From Zygnema circumcarinatum SAG 698-1b (lineage: Eukaryota; Plantae; Zygnematophyceae), in assembly GCA_037447605.1 (NCBI GenBank), contig CM074815.1, positions 1,798,001 through 1,862,000 on the forward strand: 64,000 nucleotides of DNA, read 5' to 3'. Below the pieces are notes generated by a model that had not been told where the DNA came from, made no database searches, and saw only the letters and a list, made by a program, of their open reading frames with translations. Shown piece after piece: positions 1 to 12,103 of this stretch (position 1 is its first letter; every line of letters starts with the position of its first letter). Position numbers and translations under genes: made by a program.

Positions 1-170
1 CTGCGCACAGTAGCAACGGATATTGATAGGTGGCAATCAGGCTTGGCTTCTCAAGCCGTCTCATTCATGCTGGAAAAATTCCGTTTTTGGTCGTCCACGA
101 TGCGGGCCATAATCTACTGTCCTTTCTCCTCAAATTTGGTGCTCTCTGCAGAGATGCTATCTTGCATACA

Positions 171-1092
171 GATCAAGGCGAAGGCGAAGGTGCTGCGTAT
201 TCTGAGCATGTGCAGGAATGTGCAAAATCAGGTCCTCACCTTCACGTGCATCGAATGGTACTTGAAGCTCGCTGTGAATATCTTGCTGCCCTTTTGCGGT
301 CCGGCATGCGGGACAGGTGAGAGGACGGAGCTGCTCTATAGAGTTCATAGTCCTACCACCGAAAGGAATGTCTCATTAACTTCCTTCCATGGAGGGAGAG
401 GAGTATGCATGTGCGGTTGTATCCGCAGAATCTCATCATGCTTGGAGGAAAAGTGGGAGATTGCATTTAGGAGATCTCATTTCAGGCTTTAGCTCCGCTC
501 AGACTAGGTGGTTGTATCGTAAACTTCTGTCATCTGTAAGCTACTTTGTTGAACGGATCTATGAGGACTCCCTTCAATTGCCTTTTTTCCTTTTCCTATA
601 CTGATTTGCCTTCAAAGTATCTGACAGTCTGCTTGCTTTGATTCTCGTGACAGTGTCACAGGACTGCTGCTTGTGCCTGAAGTGAGCCTCCTCGCTTTGA
701 CAGGACTCGTCCACCTCCTTTATAGTGGCCGCCTCTCATTCAACAACATCAATCAGCCATGCTCGCCACCTCCCACAACCCCTGAAAGCAGCCCCTCTGA
801 AGAGGCCCTTCTAGAAGCTGCCCTGCAACTGGCTCATCTTGGGGAACGCTGGATGATGGCCGACCTTCAAGAGGCGTCATGGAAGTTTGTCCTTGAAAGG
901 CTGGAATTTGGCAACGCTTTGTTTGTGCTCCGAGAGAGTGCTGTGTGGGAGCAGTGGCCCCTCGTAGAGGCGGCTGTGGAGCAGATCGTGCCATTCTATG
1001 TAGAGCTGAGAGAGCAGGGTGAGCTGGACTGCCTTTCCAATGACCTGCGAGAGGCTGTGCGTGTGGCACATGTGAAGCTCCTCACGATGTGA
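171..1092 (+). CDS. BTB/POZ domain protein, At1g04390-like, 3' part only (gene starts before the window)
   Basis: Exon ~171-316 encodes HVHRMVLEARCEYLAALLRSGMRD (BTB core). Exon ~654-1092 encodes LVHLLYSGRL...LGERWMMADLQ...WPLVEAAVEQIVPFYVELREQGELDCLSNDLREAVRVAHVKL, matching the recalled C-terminus of At1g04390-type proteins. GT/AG junctions are in phase. TGA at 1090-1092. Confidence 0.8.
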
Positions 1093-1551
1093 TGTAGGAG
1101 GGCGCTACATCTTCACTTTAAGGGAGGAAGCCAGAAAGAACGAGTTTTGGCGGTTGGGTTTGCTTTTTTGTGTGTACGGTGTTGCGATCTTTCTCAAACT
1201 TCACATGTGGTCACTTTTTTCCTTATCATTTTTTTTTGAGTTGCATGACGCTTGTCTTAAAAACATCAGACGATACGAGACGCTACTTAATCATCATGTT
1301 TCCCAAATAAACGAGAACAGTCGATGTGACGATTATGAAACCAGTCTCGTGTCTGCACCAGCCCGTTTACAACCTCTGATCCAACAACAGGTACGCTCCA
1401 TTTACAGGGAAGGCCGCCCTCTGTGAAAATGTTCTGCAAGCCTTCAGTAAAGCCGTGTGCTCCGCCCATATGACATGTATGTGCCTCGATCCAGACCAAT
1501 GTGCCCCAATCCGCACCCACATTGCAACCATTGCCAAGGAAAGCTTGCTTG

Positions 1552-4500
1552 TTATCGCCTTTTTTGGCACATGCAATCGGGTGCGGGATAGGTGTAGATC
1601 GACTGGGTCGGCCCCCTCTTGGCGATCTGACCACTCCGCTTCTTATGCGCACTAAGTACCACCTTTGTGAAGTTCTTCCAGTTCTCGCTGTTGTGTTGGA
1701 AGGCATCAGCAAGCTTAATGAGAGCAGGGTTGATGGTCTTCATGACACCTTTGTATTGACGGAAGCCTGCCTGCAAACCGGCCCAAACAACAAACTCAAA
1801 TAGCTAAGTTGAGGAGGAGTAACCCTAACTCAACCACACATCCAGTGCCGTCCAATTAATGATTTCCATCTAATGCTTTCACAAATTTCACCGGACCCAT
1901 CAGTCTACTTATACATGTCAAGGCAACCCAGCTGCTTCTTTGGTTTTGCAACTTTTTGGGGTTAACCGGCCTACCAGAACATTCCGCATGTTGCCCGGCG
2001 ATGCTGAGACAAACACATCGCTATGAAGGGCCACCAAAAAATCGAGTGCAGCCAAATGAGACGCACGCCCTATAAACGGAGCCAACTCCTCCCGGGATGC
2101 CAACTGTGTCTTGTCCATCAAAAGGGGAAACAGGTTCTGGAGAGGTCTCATTCTCGCCTCGCCGCCATAGACCTGCAGACATCGCAGTCAATAGTCAACA
2201 CAGTGAATTGCCTAACAGGCAAGAGAACAAGAACACGCATGACAAAAGCTTACAGACCCAAAAGCAGCCCTTCGTACAGAATCCCCATCATCAACAAAGC
2301 GAAAGAATGAGCCATGTATTGGGTATTTTGTGCAATACCCAGACACAGAAAGAGTATATGGCATATCCATCGTCCACGGTAAAGTCTCTTGCTGCTAACC
2401 TTGTAGGATGCGAGATACAAGCGAGTGCGATCGCTGAAGCCAAGTGCTGCAAGCATGAGACCAATCTCTTCCGGTGTAAGAGGACACTTTCCCATTCTTC
2501 GCAGCTCTTCCGGAGTGTGTTGAAGCTTGTCAATGCGGTTTTGCCATGCAAAAGAGCGATACTTCATCATTGTGCGACGTTCGGCCAAACCTCCCCCGAA
2601 ATCACACGAAGAGTGTGCGACCATGTCCTGTCCACTCGCAGCAATTAAACCCACGTCAGAAATCAGCTGATAGTGAGCAACATTATGTACAAAGAAAAGG
2701 TAGGTAGTGAACATCTGCAGCCATAGCAGCAGTGTTATGGACTCCCTTTAGCTCACCTTGTCAAAACGGAGATGTAAAGCAAGGAACTTGGCCGGCTCAG
2801 GCTGAGCCTGTGCTTCTATGCCAATTACTGGTTGTGATTCTGCTGCAAGTTGTTGCAGAGGGTGGTTGGGAGGAAGCCCTAAAAGCTGCAGGTCTGGGGA
2901 CTGCAATCTTTTCAGGAGGGTTTGACCAAGTGCTTCAATGTGAGGTACAAATCGAAGAAGTTCAAAGTTGACTCGACAGCGCAGTTTTTGAATGTCGGGA
3001 GGGAGCCCATCAAAGGCAAGGCGATGGGTAAAGGGGGCTATGGCAGCGATGCCATGTCTGCAAGGGAAGCACATGTGGGTACGATTTATAAGTCTTGCAG
3101 AAGCAAAACTTTTCTCAGACACTCTACTCATCATTCACCAAAATGGTATCTGTGCGAAAGAGTTCCGAGGCGAGGAAGTCGGAAAAATGATTGATGATTG
3201 ATGAAGATGCCTCCACGAAACAACGATGGACTCAAATGAAGAATTCTAAACGTCGTCACATCACATGTACCCTTAACAGTTTCCCAAATGATGGTTGAGA
3301 AAGAGGCTGGTAGAGGCAGCACCTCAAGATGATAGGCAGCACATTTTCAATGTACCATTCCGCTGTTGCATGGGCCGGCGCATTCTTCACCCGCGTGTGC
3401 TGGTGAAGATGCTCTCCCGTTGCCGGCAGCCGATAAAACTCGCGAGTGCTCCACTGCATATCCGCCGGCAGCTCCTTCACTATCGTGACGTCCCCTTTGA
3501 GGGAGTTGATCAGAAAGTCCACATCGAATAGCTCGCCAAGAGTGCTGAAAGCCCTCTCCGTCTGCTGCTCTCGTCAGATTCGCAAGCAACATGACGAAAA
3601 GACTCACTGTAAAAGGAAACTAGAAGGGAAGCAGCAGCAGCAGCAGAAGCAGCAGCAGCTCGTCCCTCCTGAGTCGGTCAATAACTAATGGTGGCTACGT
3701 AGAAAAAGGTACTTTCTAGTGGACCTGCTACGAATAATGTGCAGTATGATGTAGCTACAGATATCACATATCTGGCATCTTCCATAACGGGTGCCCAAAG
3801 GGCATCCTTTATCCTTTGTGGCAACTTCATGCATCCTATCTCTCACTGCTTTCATGGGTTCAGCTGGGATCTGTTCATGCAGGATGGGTCGTGTTCAGTT
3901 CACGTTCCATGCAACATTCCCCGCCATACTTCCTTTGTCCAGCCTTATCATCACGTGACAACCTCACGATGCAAAAATTTCCGACACAACCTCCGGTGCC
4001 GCCTACCCCCTTAGATTGAGTTCTATTCCACTTGTCCCTTAACAATTTCCCGAAATGTCTCAAAGTCAAGGCGAATTAGCAATGCTAACCAAGAGCAAGA
4101 AAACCTCCAAGGGCATCAGAGAACAGCCATAGCTACCTGGTATCCTGCCAAACAGGGTTTAGCTCGAGCTCAGGCAGAAGCAATGTGACATTCAGCAAGC
4201 GAGCTAACGCCACAGCATTGCATACCTGAACCCCCATAAACCCACAACTACGATCTCCGTCAAAAGCAAGAGCAGAAGCCACACATAAGCGAAGTAAAGC
4301 TCATCTTCTTCCTGAACTTTCATCTATTGAAATCATATGTGCACTTGCAATACTAAGAATGGTACTAAGAATGGAACAACACATCCTCATTCATAGCGTG
4401 GTTTGATCCATAGCATCCACCCTTTCGATAACGTCTCGTAATCCTGTAATCAAAATGCTCTATTCTGAAAATCTCGTGGAAAACTAACCAGGTGGCTAGT

Positions 4501-5794
4501 AATGATTGGCCAAACCAGTATGTTTGCAAGTTGCTTAGCATTTCCCACGTAGTTTTTTCTAGAAACTTCAGTACCTCACCGAGTATTAGTTCACGACCAG
4601 TAATGCTTCAGTGGCCGCTTAGAGATGGCTCGAACCCCTCATTCAAACCAAGCTAGGGCAGACAGCCCACCCCAATGCGCTGCTGATTGAGACCTCCCTC
4701 CAGCCACACTTGCAGATAGCCTTTTGATTTTCGTGGAGCTATTCACCCAGAAATCCAATAATAACGATTAGTTCTTCATCAACAAAAGGCGGCTTTCTCT
4801 TTCCGAGCCAAATTGCCAGAGAAACCAACTAGTTTTCTTTGCGTGCGCTATATTAGATAATGAATCACCATTGAAGTGCTATGGAGAAATGTCTTGTCAA
4901 TGAATAGCAAACTCAGCATGCTAGGGATGCCGTTCTCCAAAGCATTGACAAGCTAGCATACAAGAGCAAACAAACAATTCTTATCTCAGATTCCTCGAGA
5001 ATGAAAAAGATTCATTGCAGTGGATTGCATTTTCATACGCTCCCTTTGACAATATTTGCTGAGGATAAGCCGATTCTACTTACGAAGATAACTCTTCGTA
5101 GGTGTGCTGCAAGGTCTCCAGCCAGCATCGTCAGGCTGCTGCCATAATCCCTCGTGCTCTCTGGGGCCCTGCATTGAGCTGTACCACTCCTTAATTCACA
5201 AAATGTTCACATCTATTGGCAATTTTAACACCGTACTTTCTCAAAACGGGCCAGGATAAACTGATGGGCAAAGCAAGCAGGCTACCGTGCTCGAGTATCA
5301 TCTTTAAATTAAGAAAGGGTGACAATCCGTCATTTTTTCTCGTTCATGCCATAATCCATATTCAGGAAAAACGGTGAGTGGACAGAGTGCCTCACCCCGT
5401 AAACAAAGCTGTTCAGAAGGTGTGGGTACTGGGGATGTGGAGGAACCCAATCCTGCGAGCGCAATTGAAATCATCAGTACCAGACCAGAAGCAATACTTT
5501 TGCCATTCTGCAGTAAGTACTGCAGAGAATAAATTATCCCAACCTCACATCTACCCTCCAAATCGGAACAGATGCTTTCCATGCGACATCACTTTAGGGT
5601 AACGTAGCCAGAATGCTCACAGAAAGGATGAGATTCTCCCACATCCCCGGCCCGTTGAGCAGCTTAGGCATGCAGCTGAGCAGCCATAGGTGAGCAAAGA
5701 AGAGCACAGGTGCTTGCAGACTGCCTAGCAGCCTCCTGCTCGCTTGCTTCCGCGGAGCCGCTCTAAGCGGAACCTCTCCCTCCTCTCCCGCCAT
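1552..5794 (-). CDS. Plant O-fucosyltransferase family protein (GT106/DUF246, OFUT31/39-like), multi-exon
   Basis: Exons encode GYLQVWLEGGLNQQRIG, VCNAVALARLLNVTLLLPELELNPVWQD, FLALHLRFDK, GKCPLTPEEIGLMLAALGF, LAALDFLVALHSDVFVSASPGNM and the terminal SIYTYPAPDCMC, all family hallmarks. ATG at 5794 is followed by a hydrophobic N-terminal stretch. Confidence 0.92.
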
Positions 5795-5935
5795 GGCTCT
5801 CACTCCCCTACGCCCGCGCCTCTCCTTCAACACGTTTCTTGGAAAGAAGCTCCGCTATCTCCGCCCTTTTCCTTGAGGAAAGTCTGCTAAAGGGAGCGAA
5901 AGGAGGGAGAGAGAGGAGGGGGAGAGGAGGTAGGC

Positions 5936-8900
5936 ATGGCTGTGGAGGCGGAGAGCAAGCCTCACAAGCTCCTAGTGCTGGACGTGAACGGGCTGCTCAT
6001 CGACACCTGCTTCAAGGCAGAGAAGAAGAACATCAACCGCCAGCCTGATGGCAGGGCGAATAACTTCTACAGTAAGTGAGCTTCTCTTGTGTCGCCTCCT
6101 GAGAGTAGAAACTGTTTTGGATGTCGTATTTTGCTCTATTGCGCTTATCTGGTGCAAGCTGATGCGGAATCGATTTTTTGGAGGGATTGAGGGATATGAC
6201 AGGATTGATTGTGGCGTTGTTGCAGTATACGAGCGGCCATTCTGCAGAGAATTCGTCCAGTTCTGCCTGGAAAACTTTGTTGTTGGTGTTTGGTCGTCCG
6301 CTAGAATGTAAGTTAAAAGAATGTTTACATTATCTCCTCGTTAAGTCAAAATGTTTTCTGGACAGCACATTTGCGTTCATTGCAGTTAGTTACAAGTGGA
6401 GTGCCTTCTTGCTCAAAAATGCGAAGGCTTTCTCACTGGGATCACCTTTATGTCGTGCAAATCAAGTTTGTGACATGGAGTTGGGAGCATAGCTACTACA
6501 CTATGTCAGACAGCATCCGTATTTATGTTAATAAATCGCTGAAGCTAGTTAATGCCGGAAGCTAGTCTGCTATGTTATACCCTTCGACTTATGCATTAAA
6601 GCAGCTCGTTTTTATTAGTGACAGAGCCGTTGTCCTTGCAGGCATAACGTCGAAGCACTCGTGCAACATGTTTTTGGTGAAGCCATTAACCGTTTGGCTT
6701 TCATTTGGGTATGCAACTCTTACTGGTCCGGAAAATATACACCCACTAGTGTTTGAACGCAACCTTAACCACTTTTTATTTTGAAGGCCGCTTTTGTCAT
6801 GGTCAGTTTTCTGGCTGGCAGGAGGTGCCTTCACCTGATTTTAGGGTTTTTAGACTTGCCAGAGCAGTGGACAATGTCGCGGTTCCCAGTCTTCGAGTGG
6901 TATCCTGCGGTTATTTGTCCGACGGAGATGGGATTGTTGGCTCCGCATATCGTGGTGTTTGTGCAGGATCAGTCCAGCTGCACTAACACTGGGATGAAGC
7001 ATCCACTAAACAAATACAAGCCTGTGTTTCTCAAGGAGCTGAAAAAGCTTTGGGAGAAAAAGGGTGACAATTTACCATGGGAAATTGGCGATTATGGACC
7101 TTCCAATACGCTTCTTTTGGATGATTCACCATACAAGGCTTCGTGCAATCCGGTATGGCCTCTACCTTATGCTTCCTTTTACTTTGTTTATGTTGAGCTC
7201 TTTTGCCGTATATTAGTCACATGCTACGCTACAGCTACAGCAGCATTCTGTCAATTTGGCATGTGTTCATCCATTCGAGAGCATTTGTGTCGGCTCTTAA
7301 CCTCGCCTGCATCTTTGCTTGTCTGTTTGTAAACCAGGCTTATACCGGTCTGTTCCCCGACACATATGAAGCGGAAAACAGTCTTGACGATATGCTCGGT
7401 AGGTCATAATTGAGCTTCTGACGGACTGATCGCGGAGCAACTCTTATAGTCGGCGGAAGCTTTACTTTAACCTTAACACTTGAAATCGGCAGTTTTTGCA
7501 ATTTAAATGTTTGACAGATTAAGTGCGCTAATGTGCCTGCAAAACTTCATGACAACCGAACTTGCCTTGTCTCGATATTTTTTGCTTTTACTTGCTCAAA
7601 AAGCTTAAACAGCTTTATTGCAATTCGTAAAGTTTTACTGAGCCTGATAGTTCAAGATTGGTTGGCAGGTCCTTTTGGAGCTATCCGACTTTATCTCCAG
7701 AAGCTGACAACGGCACCTGATGTGCAACAATTTGTCAAGTCAAACCCTTTTGGTCAGAAGCCAATGACTGCCAAGTTATTGACCTGGTCAAGCCCACCTG
7801 CCACTGCTCCTAAACCTGCCATTCAGAACATTCCTGCAAAAGCTTTGAAGATTGGTAAGCAAAACTTAGTCTGCAGGGATTCACTGTCCGCATATCTGAC
7901 AGGCGTGTCAGCGGAACACAGAGATTCAGTGTTGGAAAATGATGAAAAGCCAAAGGATAAATTGCGGGAGAGGTATGTTCGATATAGTCAGTATGAAGTC
8001 CAAAATGGTGATCAGGATAATACTGAGAGAAGGCGAGGACAGTTTGCATTTTCTGCCCTATTGGCAGAAGTGGCAACGGAGAGCAGACCTTCAAGGTGGG
8101 CAGATGAGGGAAGAGACGAGCAAGACAGGGTCGAGAGGACTGCAGTGTTAATGTCAAGGCAGTACACAAAGGATGATAAGAATGAAGGGGTTCAATATCA
8201 TTCGGGAGAGGTCCATCATCAAGATGAGTGGGGGAATGCATCATTCACAAACGTGAGAGGTGTGGCAGAACACAGACATCCAGTAAGGGCAATGGAGAGC
8301 GAGAGAGATAAGCAGGAGAGAGTCTGGAGGACTGCATTATCCACGAATGGGAGAGGCATGGGAAGGCAAGACGAAGTCTCGCCTTTGGAGAGTGTTAAGA
8401 AGAGAGAGATTCGATATGATAAGGGAGAGGTCCAATACAACGAGCGAGAGGCAGACTGGAGAAAGGCATCGTCCACAAACGAGAGAGGTTCTGCATCAGA
8501 GTACAGGCAAACAGTTCAGGCAAATGATTATGACCGAAATGAGGGGGGCAGAGTCTGGGGGAGTACCTCATTCTCTAATGTTGGAGACAATACAGCCGAA
8601 CACAGGGGCCCTGCGTGGGAGAGCCGGACAAAACATGGTCGATATGATGAAAGAGAGGTCCAACATGGTGACCGAAGCAGACTTAACGTGAGAGGCAGGG
8701 CAGCAGACTTCCGAGATCAGGGGTGGGTAGTTGATGGGGAAAGAGATGTGGGTCACAATGTGTGGAGGACTTCCCTGTCCACGGATGGGAGAGGTGCTTC
8801 AGCAATGCATGGAGGTTCAGTGTGGGAGAGTGACAGGAAAAGTGCTCAATATGATGAGACAGAGAATGACAGGAAAAGAGCTCGATATGATGAGACAGAG

Positions 8901-9383
8901 AATGACAGGAAAAGAGCTCGATATGATGAGACAGAGGCTCAGTATGGTGAGCGGAGCAGGCTGAGAGAGACGACATGGCCCACATATGTGAGAGGGATGG
9001 AAGCGGAGTACAGGCATCCAGTGCGACCTCGTGATAACGAGCGAGATGAAGGGGAGAGAGTGTGGAGGGGTGCTTTGCCTGCGAATGCGGGAGACACTTC
9101 AGCAGAGTATAGGTCAGTGTGGCAGAGTGGTGAGGAAATTGCAAGTATCCCCCGTCCACAGTATTTGGCAGGGGACCATTGGAAGCAGGGGGGCCGTGGA
9201 CACCCTTCTATGGAAGTGGTTGATAGATGGTATATGCAACATGATGGTGGTCCACCAGATTCCTTATTAAGATTTTCGAATTCTGGCAAATGGAGTCAGG
9301 AACCTTCATCATTTCCAAGTATGAATGCTTCAAGAAGCCATCGAAGTTGGAACCATTTGTCAGAACCTTCAAAGTATCATTAG
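5936..9383 (+). CDS. FCP1/NIF-type HAD phosphatase-domain protein with ~500-aa low-complexity repeat C-terminal tail
   Basis: Spliced exons: KLLVLDVNGLL, YERPFCREFVQFCLENFVVGVWSSA, PVFLKELKKLW, NTLLLDDSPYKASCNP, then GPFGAIRLYLQKLTTAPDVQQFVKSNPFGQ. The last exon stays open to TAG 9381-9383. Confidence 0.88.
8832..8936 (+). repeat. Coding tandem repeat, 36 bp x ~3 (DRKRARYDETEN)
   Basis: Units gacaggaaaag(t/a)gctc(a/g)atatgatgagacagag(aat) start at 8832, 8868 and 8904. Confidence 0.95.
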
Positions 9384-9987
9384 TCACTATCTGATGGAGG
9401 GGTGAGAATTGGCGGGAGGAAGAGATGAGGACCCGGAGATGGAGATTTCAGAGACTGGAGAAGGTGCAGGTTTGCTGAGTGAAGAAGCTTTAGTGAAATG
9501 GCGGAAAGATGATCACAGATCAATACGTCAATTCAACTCTTTTGTGGCAAGGACGAGGGATGTCACTACCTTGAGGAGGAGTTTTATGTGCCACGTTTAG
9601 CAGGTTAGACTTCAGATAGGTGGCGGCGCTAAATGACAAGAACATCGATCGTTTGAAGGCTGTGTATAAGCGCGCAAGTAGTTTGGATATGTGAAGGAGG
9701 TCAAGTGAGGAGTCTTTTTCTAATTTAGGAATTATAGCAACAAAACAAGGAATTACCACGTGAGCCCAATTTGAGTTTTTCAGGAGCATCCTGATTGTCC
9801 GTCGTTCATTATATGTCAGGTCGAAACCTTGCTACTTATCTATCTTATTGCCGGGATTCGTTTCTATGGAACCTTGCTTGTCGGCCAGGAAAGAAGAGGA
9901 GCTCCAACCTTTTTGCGCCTTTTGAGTACATAAAGGTCAATTGCAAGTGTCAAAACCACGAATTCATTCGGCCGTGCGGCCGTGTGT

Positions 9988-10270
9988 CTCCCTCCCTCCC
10001 TCCTCTCCCTCCCCCCCTCCCTCCCCCCCTCCCCCCTCCCTCCCTCCCTCCCCCCCTCCCTCCCTCCCTCCCTTCCTCCCTCCCGGCCGCCCGCCCTCCC
10101 TCCTCGCTCCCTCCCGCCCTCCCTCCTCCCTCCCTCCCTCCCTCCCTCCCGCCCTCCCTCCCTCCCGCCCGCCCTCCCGCCCTCCCTCCTCCCTCCCTCC
10201 CTCCCTCCCTCCCTCCCACCCTCCCTCGCTCCCTCGCTCCCTCGCTCCCTCCCGCCCTCCCGCCCTCCCT
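9988..10270. repeat. (CCCT/CCCG)n polypyrimidine microsatellite tract, ~280 bp
   Basis: Near-continuous ccct/cccg units. This tract is the source of the spurious Pro/Gly-rich ORFs in all six frames. Confidence 0.95.
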
Positions 10271-10394
10271 CGTTCGCTTGGCTCGTTCGAAGCAGGTTTG
10301 CCCCGCGGGCGGTGCCGTACAAGTGGCGCCCGCCACCTGTCGCAGTTCCGTCTGTGTTTCGCGCGGTGGTACGGATCCCACCGCTGAGCAAGTA

Positions 10395-11515
10395 GGGCGC
10401 GGCAGAAGACTTCGAAAATTCTCGTAATACTAAAAACTCGATGTTCGTAACATTTCAAGTCAACAACGTTAGTAAAACCAAAATTCCCTCGCGTAGTTTG
10501 TTTGTTCGCAATAATAGTCCGTCAGTCGCTTTCCCGCGGTCGGGCCCGTCCGCGTGTCCTCCTCCGCTTTGTTCGCCGTCTCCGGCAAAATCCCTCCTCA
10601 GCCCGCGAACCGGCGCCCGCACACACCAAAAAGCGGCCCGCCGCCGCGTCGTGGTGCGCGTCACGTCACGGCCCGCGCGGGGGCGGAAGAGGCGTCGCGA
10701 AGCCGCCGCCGGGTCGCGACAAACTCAAAGTGGGGGCCGCCCGCCGTTCGCGGTCCGCTTAGTTTTAGGAGAACAATATATCCCCCCCCCTCCTTTTGGT
10801 TATCCCGCCACTGTTTTTTTTGGAATCCTACCCTCCCATGTTGGCTATTCTGCCCCCCCCCCCCTCCCATTTTGGCTAACCCCCCCCCCCCATTTTGGAC
10901 ATTCCCCCCTTGTTTTCTCCTTCTCACACATCAGCGGAATGTCTGTAAAGACATTCGCAGAGAGAGAGCAAAGCAGAGAAGAGAGAGAGAGAGAGAGCGA
11001 TCGAGAGAGAGAGAGAGAGAGAGACTAGAGGAGAGAGCAAAGGAGCGAGAGAGAATGAGCAGAATCTCCTCCTGAAATATCCAAAATGGGGGGGGGGGTA
11101 TCCAGAATGGGAGGGGGCGGAATAGCCAAAATGGGAGGGTAGGATTTCGAAAAAACGGGGGCGGGATAACCAAAAGGGGCAGAGGCGGTATATATTTTCT
11201 CCTAATTTTAACTTCTACATTCGCCAACCACGGCTCGCCACGTGTGCATAAAATATTTGAAGCTGACGCGATTTTCGCCATTCTGCTCTTCACGCGCTCT
11301 ACTTTTCGGCGCCTCGTTTGGGTACGAACAAAATCGTGCGAAGTAGTACCCGCTTCACTAAACTCCGCGGGTCAATCTTCGCAAAATTGACCCGCTCACT
11401 TAGCACAGTTGACTTCGGTTCGTTCAGTTTAGGTTCGGGAACTCCATGCATTTTAGTAAGTTTAGCACTAATGAGAACTCGATATTCGTAACATTTTGTT
11501 AAGTCTGACACGCCC
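10395..11515. mobile_element. Degenerate non-autonomous DNA transposon (outer MITE-like element, GGGCG(T/C)G ends), host of the 10768-11202 insertion
   Basis: Left end ta|gggcgcggcagaagacttcgaaaat resembles the reverse complement of the right end (ta|gggcgtgtcagacttaacaaaat). The subterminal motif aactcgat(g/a)ttcgtaacattt occurs near both ends (~10435 and ~11476). Confidence 0.45.
10768..11202. mobile_element. Foldback/MULE- or hAT-like MITE with ~135-bp modular TIRs, (GA)n core and 8-bp TSD
   Basis: Arm 10768-~10905 (ggagaacaatatat...ccttttggttatcccgcc...aatcctaccctcccat.ttggctatt...cattttgga) is the reverse complement of arm ~11070-11202. Flanks are tagtttta (10760-10767) and taatttta (11203-11210), one mismatch. 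Confidence 0.8.
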
Positions 11516-12103
11516 TAATACCACCCAATGATTACCTCCGCTGACCCGGAATTTGTGGACGGCACGCGCTGGCGCCACGCGCCGCGGATCCCGGAGAGCG
11601 AATCTGATTCGCCACCGCGCCGCTTCCCCTGTGCGTGGCACGTGCGGATTCGAATCTGATCCTCCCACGATCTCGCCAGAATCTGTGCACTGTGGTCGGC
11701 GGCCGCCATGGCGGGTGGGTCCTTCCGAGTTTGACCGGACCCGCCCGCCGCGGATCGGTCGTTCGCAACGGCCCTGAACGGCGCGTGGCGCGGTCCAGGA
11801 GGCCGTATCGCGATCCGTGGGCGCTCTCCCGTTCCCTGCGACGGGGTCCCTCCGTTTCGGGGGAGTTCCATGCCGCTATTCAGTAGCGCACGCGCGGTAG
11901 ATGGAACGGATCGGGCGCATGGAGCCGGCCGCGGTCAAATCGTGTCGTTTTGCGGAAATTTCCTTGCACGTCGTGTCTGGCTCCTGAAATCCCGGGGCGG
12001 TGGAGGGACGCGAACGGTCGAACGGCCGGAAACGCCAAACGGTGCCGCGCCGCTAGCCGACAACGGAACTGGACGGGATGGCCTCACGGGATGCGGTGCC
12101 GTA

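Noticed and set aside
4624-4640. tRNA T-arm-like GGTTCGAGCC on the minus strand
   Set aside because: The flanks do not form acceptor, D or anticodon arms; it lies in an O-fucosyltransferase intron.
9795-10458. Many overlapping Pro-rich and Gly/Arg-rich ORFs on both strands
   Set aside because: They are translations of the (CCCT)n tract, which lacks stop codons; no domain content.
11367-11395. Perfect 10-bp hairpin (gcgggtcaat...attgacccgc) as a Helitron 3' end
   Set aside because: It is not followed by CTRR at the expected distance on either strand; more likely part of the host MITE interior.
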